A DNA stretch of 64,000 bases, from contig JAJAZC010000006.1 of the NCBI GenBank assembly GCA_026785885.1, forward strand, positions 463 to 64,462. The letters run 5' to 3'. The position numbers and the translations under genes were made by a program. The stretch is from Rubrivivax sp. (GTDB lineage: Bacteria; Pseudomonadota; Gammaproteobacteria; Burkholderiales; Burkholderiaceae_C). Below are positions 49,035 to 58,305 of this stretch, piece after piece; the stretch's first letter is position 1; every line of letters begins with the position of its first letter. The notes below the pieces were generated by a model, which was not told the DNA's origin, made no database searches, and worked only from the letters and a program-made list of their open reading frames with translations.

Positions 49035-49193
49035 GAGCCCGAGAGTCTTGCGCTCATGCCCGCTCATCATTCCCAAAGCCGCCCGCTCGTCGCTGCAAAT
49101 GCTCGCCATAGCCCGAGCTATGGCTGTGCTTTGCGTCTAGATCGGGCACCCTTGGACGTGCTGCTCGGGCACGCCCGAAAAACTCCCAGGCTC
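49035..49193. mobile_element. 159-bp non-autonomous MITE with imperfect terminal inverted repeats and TGA target-site duplication
   Basis: Left GAGCCCGAGAGT, right reverse complement GAGCCTGGGAGT; TGA at 49032-34 and 49194-96; central palindrome gccatagc-ccga-gctatggc. Confidence 0.8.
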
Positions 49194-49205
49194 TGAGGTA
49201 CTTCG

Positions 49206-51155
49206 ATGCGCGCGACGCTGGACTTTCTGCTCAACGACTGGCTGGCTGTTGCCTCACTGCCGCAGCGGCCGCGTTTTGCCGACCACTCGCTGGAAACCTT
49301 TGCTTCGGTGCTCGACACCTGCGAGCGCATCGCGCGCGACAAGTTTGCGCCCTACAACCGGCTGGCCGACACGCAGGAACCGCGCGTCGTCGGCGTGGCT
49401 GGTGAAGAGCGGGTGCAACTGCCGCCCGAGACCCACGCTGCGATGTTTGCCTATATCGAATCCGGCATGCTGGCCGCATCGCAGGACTACGCGCTCGGCG
49501 GCATGCAGCTGCCCTGCGTGATCGAGATGGCCGCCAACGCGTTCTTCAGCAAGGCCAGTGTCGCAATGAGCGGCTACGCGATGCTGACCAGCGGCAACGC
49601 CAACCTGTTGATGGCGCACGGCACGCCGCTGCAGCGTGCGGTGTTTGCGAAGAACCAGTTTGCCGGCCGCTGGTTCGGCACCATGTGCCTGAGCGAGCCG
49701 CAGGCCGGCTCTTCGCTGAGCGATGTCGCAACCCGCGCCGTGCCCGATGGCGATGACTTTGCAGCCGACGCGCTGGGCCCGCGCTACCGCCTGCGCGGCA
49801 ACAAGATGTGGATCAGCGGCGGCGATCACGAGATCACCGAGAACATCGTGCACCTGGTGCTGGCCAAAATTCCGCAGGCCGACGGCAGGCTGCTGCCCGG
49901 CACGCGCGGCGTCTCGTTGTTCATCGTGCCGAAGAAGCTGGTGGATGCGCACGGCGCGCTGACCGGTGAGCGCAACGACGTGGCGCTGGCCGGGCTTAAC
50001 CACAAGCTCGGCTACCGCGGCACGAGCAACGCGCTGCTGAACTTCGGCGAAGGCCGGTTCCCGGTGCGGGGTGGAACAGGCGGTGGCTTCGACGGCCGGG
50101 GTGCTGGCGCTATCGGCTGGCGCGTCGGCGCGCCGGGCGAAGGCCTGCGCTGCATGTTCCACATGATGAACGAGGCGCGCATCGGCGTCGGCCTCGGGGC
50201 GGTGATGCTGGGCATGGCCGGCTATGAAGCCAGCCTGGCCTATGCACGCCAGCGTGTGCAGGGCCGCCCGATCGGCGCGCAGGGCAAAGATGCCACGCAG
50301 CAGCAGGTGCCGCTGATGGCGCACGCCGACGTCAAACGCATGCTGCTGGCGCAAAAGGCGTACTGCGAAGGCGGCCTGGCGCTGGCGCTGTACTGCGCCC
50401 GGCTGGTCGATGAGCTGCACACCGGCGATACCGAGCAGGCGGCAGACGCCGGCACGCTGCTGGAGGTGCTGACGCCCGTCGCCAAGAGCTGGCCCAGCGA
50501 GTGGTGCCTGGAGGCCAATTCGCTGGCCATCCAGATCCACGGCGGCTATGGCTACACGCGCGACTTCGCGGTCGAGCAGCACTGGCGCGACAACCGCCTG
50601 AACATGATCCACGAGGGCACGCACGGCATCCAGGCGCTGGACCTGTTGGGCCGCAAGGTGGTAATCAACGACGGCGCGGGCCTCAAGCTGCTGGCCTTGC
50701 GCATGGGCGCCACGATCGAGCGCGCCAGCCCCGTCAGCGGCATGTCCGAGCCTGCCCTGCAACTGGCCAGCGCGCTGCAGCGGCTGCGCGAGGCAACCCA
50801 GGCTGCGTGGTCCACCGGCGTGCCCGAAGAAGCGCTGGCCAACGCGACGCCGTATCTGCAGGCCTTCGGACATGTCGTGCTGGCCTGGCTGTGGCTGGAC
50901 GTGGCGTTGGCATCGCAGCAGCCGGACGGTGCAGTCAGCGGCCGTCATGAGGATGCAGCCTACGGCCGTCATGTGGATGCAGCCTACGGCCGTCATGTGG
51001 ATGCAGCCTACGGCCGTCATGTGGATGCAGCCAGCGGCCGCGTGGCTGCCATGCGCTACTTCTTCGCCTACGAGCTGCCGCGCATCGATGCCTGGCTGGC
51101 CGTGGTGTCCACGCGCGAGCCAGTCTGCCGCACGATGCAGGACGCGTGGTTCTGA
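49206..51155 (+). CDS. Acyl-CoA dehydrogenase (long, FadE5-like)
   Basis: TMCLSEPQAGSSL, GNKMWISGG, HKLGYRG, MFHMMNEARIG, QIHGGYGY, IHEGTHGIQALDL. Confidence 0.95.
   Translation: MRATLDFLLNDWLAVASLPQRPRFADHSLETFASVLDTCERIARDKFAPYNRLADTQEPRVVGVAGEERVQLPPETHAAMFAYIESGMLAASQDYALGGMQLPCVIEMAANAFFSKASVAMSGYAMLTSGNANLLMAHGTPLQRAVFAKNQFAGRWFGTMCLSEPQAGSSLSDVATRAVPDGDDFAADALGPRYRLRGNKMWISGGDHEITENIVHLVLAKIPQADGRLLPGTRGVSLFIVPKKLVDAHGALTGERNDVALAGLNHKLGYRGTSNALLNFGEGRFPVRGGTGGGFDGRGAGAIGWRVGAPGEGLRCMFHMMNEARIGVGLGAVMLGMAGYEASLAYARQRVQGRPIGAQGKDATQQQVPLMAHADVKRMLLAQKAYCEGGLALALYCARLVDELHTGDTEQAADAGTLLEVLTPVAKSWPSEWCLEANSLAIQIHGGYGYTRDFAVEQHWRDNRLNMIHEGTHGIQALDLLGRKVVINDGAGLKLLALRMGATIERASPVSGMSEPALQLASALQRLREATQAAWSTGVPEEALANATPYLQAFGHVVLAWLWLDVALASQQPDGAVSGRHEDAAYGRHVDAAYGRHVDAAYGRHVDAASGRVAAMRYFFAYELPRIDAWLAVVSTREPVCRTMQDAWF
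50939..51040 (+). repeat. 24-bp tandem repeat x4 (GRHVDAAY) in acyl-CoA dehydrogenase
   Basis: cggccgtcatgtggatgcagccta at 50939, 50963, 50987, 51011. Confidence 0.95.
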
Positions 51156-51157
51156 GC

Positions 51158-51361
51158 ATGCAGCCGCGCGCCATCGAGAGCTGGACCTGGCGGCTGATCT
51201 ACGCTGGCTTGCTGATGATTGCGCTCGGCACCTTCATGCTGCGCACGGACGCGGCCCGCGGTCTGGTGCTGGGCTGGGCTTTGGTCGCCGTAGGCAGCGT
51301 GCTCACGGTTGCCGGTGTGGCCTTCATCGTGTGGCGCGCACGCTATCCAACCCAGGTCTGA
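51158..51361 (+). CDS. Small two-TM hypothetical protein
   Basis: WRLIYAGLLMIALG...LGWALVAVGSVLTVAGVAFIVWRAR. Confidence 0.65.
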   Translation: MQPRAIESWTWRLIYAGLLMIALGTFMLRTDAARGLVLGWALVAVGSVLTVAGVAFIVWRARYPTQV

Positions 51362-51417
51362 CACTAACGTTTAAGGTGAGCGGCTATCCGTCGCCGCCAC
51401 CGACTCGCAAGGACGCC

Positions 51418-52842
51418 ATGCACCGCCGACCCTTCCTCCTCACGCTGGCCGCGCTGGCCGGTGCCGCTGCTGCCGCTTGTGCGGGCGTGGCACCGGCCGG
51501 CGCGCTGCCGCCTATCGTCTTTGTGCACGGCAACGGCGACAGCGCCGCGCTGTGGTTGACGACGCTGTGGCGCTTCGAGTCCAACGGCTGGCCGCGCGAG
51601 CGGGTGCACGCCATCCACCTGCCGTACCCGCTGGCGCGCGACAGTGACAATCGCGCGCAGCCAGGCCGCACGTCGAGCACCGAGCACCGCGAGTTCCTGG
51701 CCGGTGAGATCGCCAAGGTGCTGGCCTCGACCGGCGCGCAGCAGGTCGTGCTGATGGCCAACTCGCGCGGCGGCAATGCCGTGCGCAGCTATGTGGCTGA
51801 CGCCAAGCTCGGTGGCGCGGCGCGGGTCTCGCACGCCATCCTGGGCGGCACGCCCAACCACGGCGTGCGTGTCGATGCGACGGCTGGCACGGGCAATGAG
51901 TTCAACGGCGCCGGCCCGTTTCTCATCGCGCTCAACAACCAGGGCGCGCCGGGTGTGGAGATCACGCCGGGGCCGCGCTGGTTGACCGTCCGCTCGGCCG
52001 ACAACGACAAGTTCGCGCAGCCCGAAGGCACCTGGCTGGGCGCTCCGCGCAAGCCCACCGGCGTGACCTTTGCCGGCCCGGAGTTGCGGGGCGCGAAGAA
52101 CGTCGTGCTGCCGGCCATCGACCACCGCGAGACGTCGTTCAGCCCTACGGCTTTTGCTGCAGCCTTTGAGTTCATCACCGGCCGCGCACCGGCCACTACC
52201 GGCTTCGTGCCTGAAGCACGTGTGGTGCTGGACGGCCAGGTCAGCGGGCAGGGCATAGACAACGACCCGGCCAGCGGCAGCTTTGCCAACAATCTGCCTT
52301 TGAACGGCGCCACGGTCGAGGTCTACGCGACCGACGCCGCTACCGGTGAACGCACAGGCGGCCCGCGCTGGCGCAAAACCACCGGGGCCGACGGCCGCTG
52401 GGGGCCGTTTCCAGCCGATGGCGATACGGCCTACGAATTCGTGATCAGTGCGCCCGTGCCTGTTGCGCAAGCGGCCAATTCCGCCAGTCCGGGCAGCACC
52501 GCCTACGCCATCACGCACATTTACCGCCAGCCTTTTGTGCGCTCCTCCAGCATCGTGCACCTGCGCGTCGAGCGCCTGCTGCAGGCCGACCGGGATGCCG
52601 GATCGGTGCTGGTCTTGAGCCGGCCGCGCGGCTACTTCGGCCTGCCGCGTGACCGCATCGTGTTCGACGGCCAGGACCCGGCGCCGGGTATTCCGCGCGG
52701 TGTCGCCGGTGTTGCGCAGTCCAAGATCAAGTTGTCCGCCGCAGCGCCGCGCACGGTGCTGGCCGCATTCAACGGCCAGCGCATGGCCGCGCGCAGCTGG
52801 CCTGCTGCCGAGAACCGGCTGGTCCTGATCGAACTCCACTGA
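51418..52842 (+). CDS. Tat-exported alpha/beta hydrolase (lipase class 2-like), possible lipoprotein
   Basis: MHRRPFLL...AAAC signal; PIVFVHGNG oxyanion motif; ANSRGG nucleophile elbow; GTPNHG. Confidence 0.85.
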   Translation: MHRRPFLLTLAALAGAAAAACAGVAPAGALPPIVFVHGNGDSAALWLTTLWRFESNGWPRERVHAIHLPYPLARDSDNRAQPGRTSSTEHREFLAGEIAKVLASTGAQQVVLMANSRGGNAVRSYVADAKLGGAARVSHAILGGTPNHGVRVDATAGTGNEFNGAGPFLIALNNQGAPGVEITPGPRWLTVRSADNDKFAQPEGTWLGAPRKPTGVTFAGPELRGAKNVVLPAIDHRETSFSPTAFAAAFEFITGRAPATTGFVPEARVVLDGQVSGQGIDNDPASGSFANNLPLNGATVEVYATDAATGERTGGPRWRKTTGADGRWGPFPADGDTAYEFVISAPVPVAQAANSASPGSTAYAITHIYRQPFVRSSSIVHLRVERLLQADRDAGSVLVLSRPRGYFGLPRDRIVFDGQDPAPGIPRGVAGVAQSKIKLSAAAPRTVLAAFNGQRMAARSWPAAENRLVLIELH

Positions 52843-52853
52843 AGGATGTCCAC

Positions 52854-53645
52854 ATGAGCACACCTGTCCAACAACTCTTCGATCTCAGTGGCCAGGTTGC
52901 GCTGGTCACCGGCGGCTCGCGCGGCCTGGGCCTGCAGATGGCGCAAGCGCTGGGCGAAGCCGGCGCCAAGATCATGCTGACCAGCCGCAAGGCCGCCGAT
53001 CTGGAAGAAGCCGCAGCCGATCTGGCCGCCAGCGGCATCGACGCGCGCTGGATAGCCGCCGACGCGAGCCAGCCCGACGAGGTGCAGCTTGTGGTGGCCG
53101 AGACGATGGAGCGCCTGGGCCGCATTGACATCCTGATCAACAACGCCGGCGCGACCTGGGGTGCGCCGGCGGAGGACTACCCGCTGCAGGCCTGGGACAA
53201 GGTGATGAACCTCAACATCCGCAGCCTGTTTCTCTTTGCCCAAGCAGCAGGCAAGGCCTGGATGATTCCCAACAAGGGCGGCCGCATCATCAATGTCGCC
53301 AGCATCGCGGGCCTGTCCGGCAGCATGGATGTGCAGTTCATCGCCTACGGCACCAGCAAGGGCGCGGCGGTCAACTTCACGCGCACACTGGCCGGTGAGT
53401 GGGGGCGCTACGGCATCACCGTCAACGCGCTGGCGCCGGGCTTCTTCCCGAGCAAGATGACAGCGGGCGTGTTGCAGCAGTTCGGCGCTGAGAAGCTGGC
53501 CGCGCAGGCACCGCTCAAGCGCCTGGGTGACGACGATGATCTGAAGGGCGCCGTGCTGCTGTTTGCCAGTGCCGCGGGCAAGCACATCACCGGGCAGATT
53601 CTGGCCGTCGACGGCGGCGTCAGTGCAGTGCACGGTGGCGGTTGA
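52854..53645 (+). CDS. SDR oxidoreductase (gluconate-5-dehydrogenase-like)
   Basis: TGGSRGLG, NNAG, YGTSKG, PGFFPSKM. Confidence 0.92.
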   Translation: MSTPVQQLFDLSGQVALVTGGSRGLGLQMAQALGEAGAKIMLTSRKAADLEEAAADLAASGIDARWIAADASQPDEVQLVVAETMERLGRIDILINNAGATWGAPAEDYPLQAWDKVMNLNIRSLFLFAQAAGKAWMIPNKGGRIINVASIAGLSGSMDVQFIAYGTSKGAAVNFTRTLAGEWGRYGITVNALAPGFFPSKMTAGVLQQFGAEKLAAQAPLKRLGDDDDLKGAVLLFASAAGKHITGQILAVDGGVSAVHGGG

Positions 53646-53652
53646 GCGCACG

Positions 53653-54117
53653 ATGAAAGCCGGCCAGATTGCTTTTCCGTTGCGCATCCCGTTCGTTGAA
53701 GAGCTGGGGCTTGAGCTGTGGGCATTCGGTGATGGCCAGGCCGAGTTGCGGGTGGACTTGGACGAAGCGCACCTCAACAGCTGGGAGGTGGCACACGGCG
53801 GTGTGCTTATGACGATGCTGGACGTGGCCATGGCCCACGCCGCGCGCAGCAAAAGCAGCCATTCGCCCATCGACGCGCCGGGTGTCGTGACGCTGGAGAT
53901 GAAGACCAGCTTCATGCGCCCCGGCAAAGGCACGCTGCGCGCGTTGGGCACCCTGCTGCACAAGACCGCGACGCTGGCCTTCACCGAAGGCCGCGTGCTG
54001 GACGGCGACGGGCAGCTCTGCGCACACGCCACCGCGACCTTCAAATTCCTGCGCGCGCTGCCCAGCGGTGGGCGGCAGCTGCAAGCCTTGCAACACAACC
54101 CGGACACGCGCCCATGA
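53653..54117 (+). CDS. PaaI-family thioesterase
   Basis: IPFVEELG, HLNSWEVAHGGVLMTMLD, TLEMKTSFMRP. Confidence 0.9.
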   Translation: MKAGQIAFPLRIPFVEELGLELWAFGDGQAELRVDLDEAHLNSWEVAHGGVLMTMLDVAMAHAARSKSSHSPIDAPGVVTLEMKTSFMRPGKGTLRALGTLLHKTATLAFTEGRVLDGDGQLCAHATATFKFLRALPSGGRQLQALQHNPDTRP

Positions 54118-55136
54118 AACACCAACGCATCGTGCTCGCCGCGCGCCCCACGGCTGAAGCCGCCCCGGAGCACTTCCGCCTGGAGACCGTCGCCACACCC
54201 GACGTTCAAGACGGCCACGTGCTCGTCAAGGTGCACTACCTGAGCCTGGATCCGTACATGCGCATGCGCATGAACGACGGCAAGAGCTACGCCGCGCCGG
54301 TGGCCATCGGCGAGGTCATGGTCGGCGGCACGGTGGGCGAGGTCGTTGCATCCGAGCACGAAGGTTTTGTCCCCGGCGACCGGGTGGTGTGCATGGGCGG
54401 CTGGCAGGAGATGGTGGTGCTGGATGCGAGCGTGCCGGGCGCTGTGCGCAAGGTCGATGCAGCGCCTGCGTCGGCGGTGCCGCTGTCGGCCTACCTCGGC
54501 GCGGTGGGCATGCCCGGTGTCACGGCCTGGGTCGGGCTCAACCACATCATCGAGCCCAAGGCCGGGGAGACGGTGGTCGTCAGCGCGGCCAGCGGTGCGG
54601 TGGGCAGCGTGTTGGGGCAACTGGCAAAGGCCCAGGGCTGCCGCGTGGTGGGCCTGGCGGGTGGTGCAAAAAAGTGCGATTACGTCGTGCGGGAACTCGG
54701 CTTCGACGCGTGCATCGATTACCGCCAGCACCCCGATTTCAAGTCGCTGGCCGCTGCGCTGGACGAAGCCGCGCCGCAAGGTGTGGACGGCAACTTCGAG
54801 AACGTCGGCGGGCTGATCCTGGATGTCGTGCTGTCGCGCATGAACGCTTTTGGCCGCGTCGCGCTGTGCGGCCTGATCGCCGGCTACGACGGCCAGAGCC
54901 TGGCCATCAACAACGCACGGCTGCTGTTGACGCAGCGGCTCAAGCTGCAGGGCTTCATCGTCAGCGAACACATGGCGCTGTGGCCTGCGGCGTTGAAGGA
55001 GCTGGGCAGCGGTGTGGCCAGCGGGCACATCAAGTACCGCGAGAGCGTGGCGCAAGGTCTGGCTGCTGCGCCAGAGGCTTTCATCGGGCTGCTGAAGGGC
55101 CGCAACTTCGGCAAACAACTGGTCAAGCTGCTGTGA
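54114..55136 (+). CDS. NADP-dependent oxidoreductase (CurA/prostaglandin-reductase-like)
   Basis: LSLDPYMR, GMPGVTA, SAASGAVG, FENVGG, GRNFGKQLV. Confidence 0.93.
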   Translation: MKHQRIVLAARPTAEAAPEHFRLETVATPDVQDGHVLVKVHYLSLDPYMRMRMNDGKSYAAPVAIGEVMVGGTVGEVVASEHEGFVPGDRVVCMGGWQEMVVLDASVPGAVRKVDAAPASAVPLSAYLGAVGMPGVTAWVGLNHIIEPKAGETVVVSAASGAVGSVLGQLAKAQGCRVVGLAGGAKKCDYVVRELGFDACIDYRQHPDFKSLAAALDEAAPQGVDGNFENVGGLILDVVLSRMNAFGRVALCGLIAGYDGQSLAINNARLLLTQRLKLQGFIVSEHMALWPAALKELGSGVASGHIKYRESVAQGLAAAPEAFIGLLKGRNFGKQLVKLL

Positions 55137-55597
55137 ACTTCGTCTGGTCGCGCTTCGCAGAGTTGGGCGTGGACAACCTGTACGACGCGCTGGCGCTGCG
55201 TTGCCGTGTCTTCGTCCTGGAGCAGGGCGCTTTCCTGGATCCGGACGGCTTCGATCGCGACGCCTGGCACCTGCTGGCACGCGACGGTGCCGGCACGCTG
55301 CAGGCTTATCTGCGCATCGTCGATCCGGGCCTGAAGTACGCCGAGCCCAGCATAGGCCGCGTGATTACAGCGCCGGAGGTGCGTGGCACCGGCGCCGGCC
55401 GTGCGCTGTTTGCCGAAGGCGTGCGGCAGTGTGAGGCGGTGTGGCCCGGTGCCGGCATCCGCATCAGCGCGCAGGCGCGGCTTGAGCGGCTGTACGCGGA
55501 CCACGGCTTCGTGCAGGTCGGTCGGGCCTACATCGAGGACACGATTCCGCACCTCGAGATGCTGCGCGCCGGCCGCGGCGTGGACCACTTGAATTGA
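55133..55597 (+). CDS. ElaA-like GNAT acetyltransferase
   Basis: LR..VFVLEQ, D.DG.D, IGRV, ISAQ.RL..LY...GF, YIED.IPHLEM; GTG overlapping previous stop. Confidence 0.9.
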   Translation: MNFVWSRFAELGVDNLYDALALRCRVFVLEQGAFLDPDGFDRDAWHLLARDGAGTLQAYLRIVDPGLKYAEPSIGRVITAPEVRGTGAGRALFAEGVRQCEAVWPGAGIRISAQARLERLYADHGFVQVGRAYIEDTIPHLEMLRAGRGVDHLN

Positions 55598-55619
55598 CGA
55601 TCGCCAGCCGGGGAGCCGC

Positions 55620-56546
55620 ATGAACGATCTGATCCTGCACCACTACGACGGCAGCCCGTTCTCGGAGAAGCTGCGCTTGATCTTCGGCTTCAAGAACATG
55701 GCCTGGCGTTCGGTCAAGGTGCCGGTGATCCTGCCCAAGCCCGATGTCTTGGCACTCACCGGTGGCTACCGCAAGACGCCGATCGCGCAGCGCGGCGCCG
55801 ACGTGTATTGCGACACCGCGTTGATCGCGCGGTTGATCGACCAAGAACAGGCCACGCCGACGCTGTATCCGGCCGGTGCGCCGCTGGCGCCGCTGATTGC
55901 GCAGTGGGCCGACAGCACGCTGTTCTGGACCGTGATCCCGTACACCATGCAGCCGGCAGGCGCGGCTCACGTCTTCCGTGGCCTGCCGCCCGAAGCGATC
56001 AAAGCCTTTGCCTCCGACCGTGCGCCGTTCACGGCCGGCATGAAGCGCCAGACGGTGGCCGACGCCACCGCACGGCTGGGCCACGATCTGGCAGCACTCG
56101 ATGCGCAACTGGCCGACGGCCGGCCCTGGCTGATGGGCGACGCCGCTTCTATCGCCGACTTCTCGGTCGCGCACTGCGCCTGGTACGTCCGGCGCGGCGG
56201 GCCGGTCGCGGCCATCTTCGGGCAGCATCGCTACTTCAGTGCATGGCTGGCTCGTGTGCTGGCACTCGGCCACGGCCGGCCACAGGCCATGCGCGACGAC
56301 CAGGCGCTGGCCGAGTCCGCCGCAGCCACGCAGCACGCGCATTGCGACGTGTCAGCCGGCCTGGGCTTCGCTGCCGGGCAGGCCGTCATCGTCACGCCCA
56401 CCGACTATGGGCAAGACCCGGTGGAAGGCACGCTCGTCGGCTTGTCCACCGACGAAGTGGTGCTGCGCCGCAGCGACCCACGCGCAGGCACGGTGCACGT
56501 GCACTTCCCGCGTGCCGGCTATCAGATCAAAGGTGAATCTACATGA
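55620..56546 (+). CDS. Glutathione S-transferase family protein
   Basis: LHHY..SPFSEK, GGYRKTP, YCDTALIAR, SIADF, HVHFPRAGY. Confidence 0.9.
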   Translation: MNDLILHHYDGSPFSEKLRLIFGFKNMAWRSVKVPVILPKPDVLALTGGYRKTPIAQRGADVYCDTALIARLIDQEQATPTLYPAGAPLAPLIAQWADSTLFWTVIPYTMQPAGAAHVFRGLPPEAIKAFASDRAPFTAGMKRQTVADATARLGHDLAALDAQLADGRPWLMGDAASIADFSVAHCAWYVRRGGPVAAIFGQHRYFSAWLARVLALGHGRPQAMRDDQALAESAAATQHAHCDVSAGLGFAAGQAVIVTPTDYGQDPVEGTLVGLSTDEVVLRRSDPRAGTVHVHFPRAGYQIKGEST

Positions 56547-57466
56547 GCCATCTGCAAGGCGGCATCGCCGTCATCACCGGCGCGGCATCGGGCTTCGGCC
56601 TGGAGACCAGCCGCGTTGCCGCCCGCATGGGCATGAAGATCGTGATGGCCGACGTGCAGGCGGACGCGTTGGCGGCGGCGCGGCGTGATGTCGAAGCGCT
56701 TGGCGCGGCCTTCGGCGCGCAGGTACTGTCGTTTGCGTTGGATGTGTCCAGCGCGGCCGAGGTCGAAGCGCTGGCTGCTGCCGCCGTGCAGCGCTTCGGC
56801 ACGCCGAACTTCGTCTTCAACAACGCCGGGGTCGGCGCCGGTGGGCTTATCTGGGAGCACACGCTGCAGGACTGGGAGTGGGTCATCGGCGTCAACCTGA
56901 TGGGCGTGGCGCACGGTGTGCGCGTCTTCACGCCGCTGATGCTGCAGGCCGCAGCGCGTGACCCGCTCTGGCGCGGCAACATCGTCAACACCGCCAGCAT
57001 GGCGGGCTTGCTGAATGCGCCCAACATGGGTGTCTACAACGTCAGCAAACACGCCGTGGTCGCGATGAGCGAGACGCTGTACCAGGACCTGGCCCTCGTC
57101 ACCCGCCAGGTACGAGCGCATGTGCTGTGCCCTTACTTCGTGCCCACCGGCATCCACCAGAGCGAGCGCAACCGCCCGGCTGACCTGGCCGCCGCGCCTG
57201 GCACATCGGCGACGCGCAGCCAGATGATTGCGCAGGCGATGAGCGCCCAGGCGGTGAGCAAAGGCAAAGTCAGCGCAGCCCAGGTTGCGCAGTGGGTCAT
57301 GGACGCCTGTGCCGAAGGCCGCTTCTACATCTACAGCCACCCCAAGAGCCTGGCCAGCGTGCAGGTGCGACTGGAGGACGTCATGGCTGCACGCAACCCG
57401 ACCGACCCGTTTGCCGCCAAGCCGGAAATTGGCGCCAAGCTGCGGGCTGATTTGTCGGGCGCCTGA
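56543..57466 (+). CDS. SDR oxidoreductase
   Basis: TGAASGFG, NNAGV, NTASMAG, YNVSKHA. Confidence 0.92.
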   Translation: MSHLQGGIAVITGAASGFGLETSRVAARMGMKIVMADVQADALAAARRDVEALGAAFGAQVLSFALDVSSAAEVEALAAAAVQRFGTPNFVFNNAGVGAGGLIWEHTLQDWEWVIGVNLMGVAHGVRVFTPLMLQAAARDPLWRGNIVNTASMAGLLNAPNMGVYNVSKHAVVAMSETLYQDLALVTRQVRAHVLCPYFVPTGIHQSERNRPADLAAAPGTSATRSQMIAQAMSAQAVSKGKVSAAQVAQWVMDACAEGRFYIYSHPKSLASVQVRLEDVMAARNPTDPFAAKPEIGAKLRADLSGA

Positions 57467-57483
57467 AGCCGCCGCACTGCGTT

Positions 57484-58243
57484 TCAGCAGTCCAGCGCCA
57501 CAGCCTGCAGCGGCTTGGCGGTGGCCGCGTCGGTGACGACAAAAACGCCGCAGCTGACGGTGCTCCGCCACACCGCGGCTCACCGTCAGCTACGCTGTGC
57601 CGGCCCGGTTTGCGGCCCACGCCGGCGTCGGCTTGAGCAGGCGCAGGACGTGGTCGTGCCTGAGCGTCTCGCCGGCGTTCTCACCGGCACGCACCTGGCT
57701 TTGGTGCTGGTCTTCCAGCACCGCTCAATAACCGGCCAGTTGTGCGGGTGCGCCGGCGCTGGCGCTGATCACGGCGCTCACTTGCTCGCCCTGGCGCGTG
57801 AGGGTCAGTGCCACCGGCGATGCAGCGGCCGCGGGCAACTGGGGCCAGCCGCGCCAGTCCTTGCCTTGCGCCAACACCTGCGGTGTACAGACCTGGCTGC
57901 TGCCGGCCAGCCGGGCCAGCGCGTGCTGGCGCGCTATGCCCTTAGCCAAGGCAAAGCGGTCGGGCCAGCCGAGCCGGTCCCAGTAGTCGACGTGAAAGGC
58001 CAGCGCCACCACATCGGGCTGGCCCTTCAGCCTCGACAGCCAGCGGTCGGCCGGCGGGCAGGAACTGCGGCCTTCGCTGGTGTAGAGCTCGACCATGGTG
58101 GGCGCAGTGCCGCTGCGTGTGGCGGTGCACAGCGGCGCTGCGGCTTGGGCGACAGCGCTGACGAGGCCCAGGGTCAGGCTGAGGGCCAGGCCGCAAGTCA
58201 GGCCGCAATTCGAGTCGAAATGGGCAGGAAGGGCAGGGCGCAT
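57484..58243 (-). pseudogene. DUF1223 (thioredoxin-fold, exported) pseudogene
   Basis: VELYTSEGRSSCPPAD (canonical CSSC), FHVDYWD.LGW; TGA at 57725-27 where Trp is expected; homology continues as AVLED...GENAGETLRHDHV; second stop TAG and a frameshift before the PLQAVALDC end. Confidence 0.85.
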
Positions 58244-58305
58244 TGCTGCTCCGGATGGTCGGGGCCTGTTGTCGTCGTGCGGCGCGGCGCAATCTTTCAA
58301 TATGT

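Noticed and set aside
50939-51040. 24-bp repeats as a mini CRISPR array
   Set aside because: Head-to-tail with no spacers, in frame within a gene, and no cas genes in the window.
57725-57727. TGA recoded as Trp or Sec in DUF1223
   Set aside because: TGA is the normal stop for most genes in the window, and the gene has further lesions (TAG, frameshift, lost Cys).
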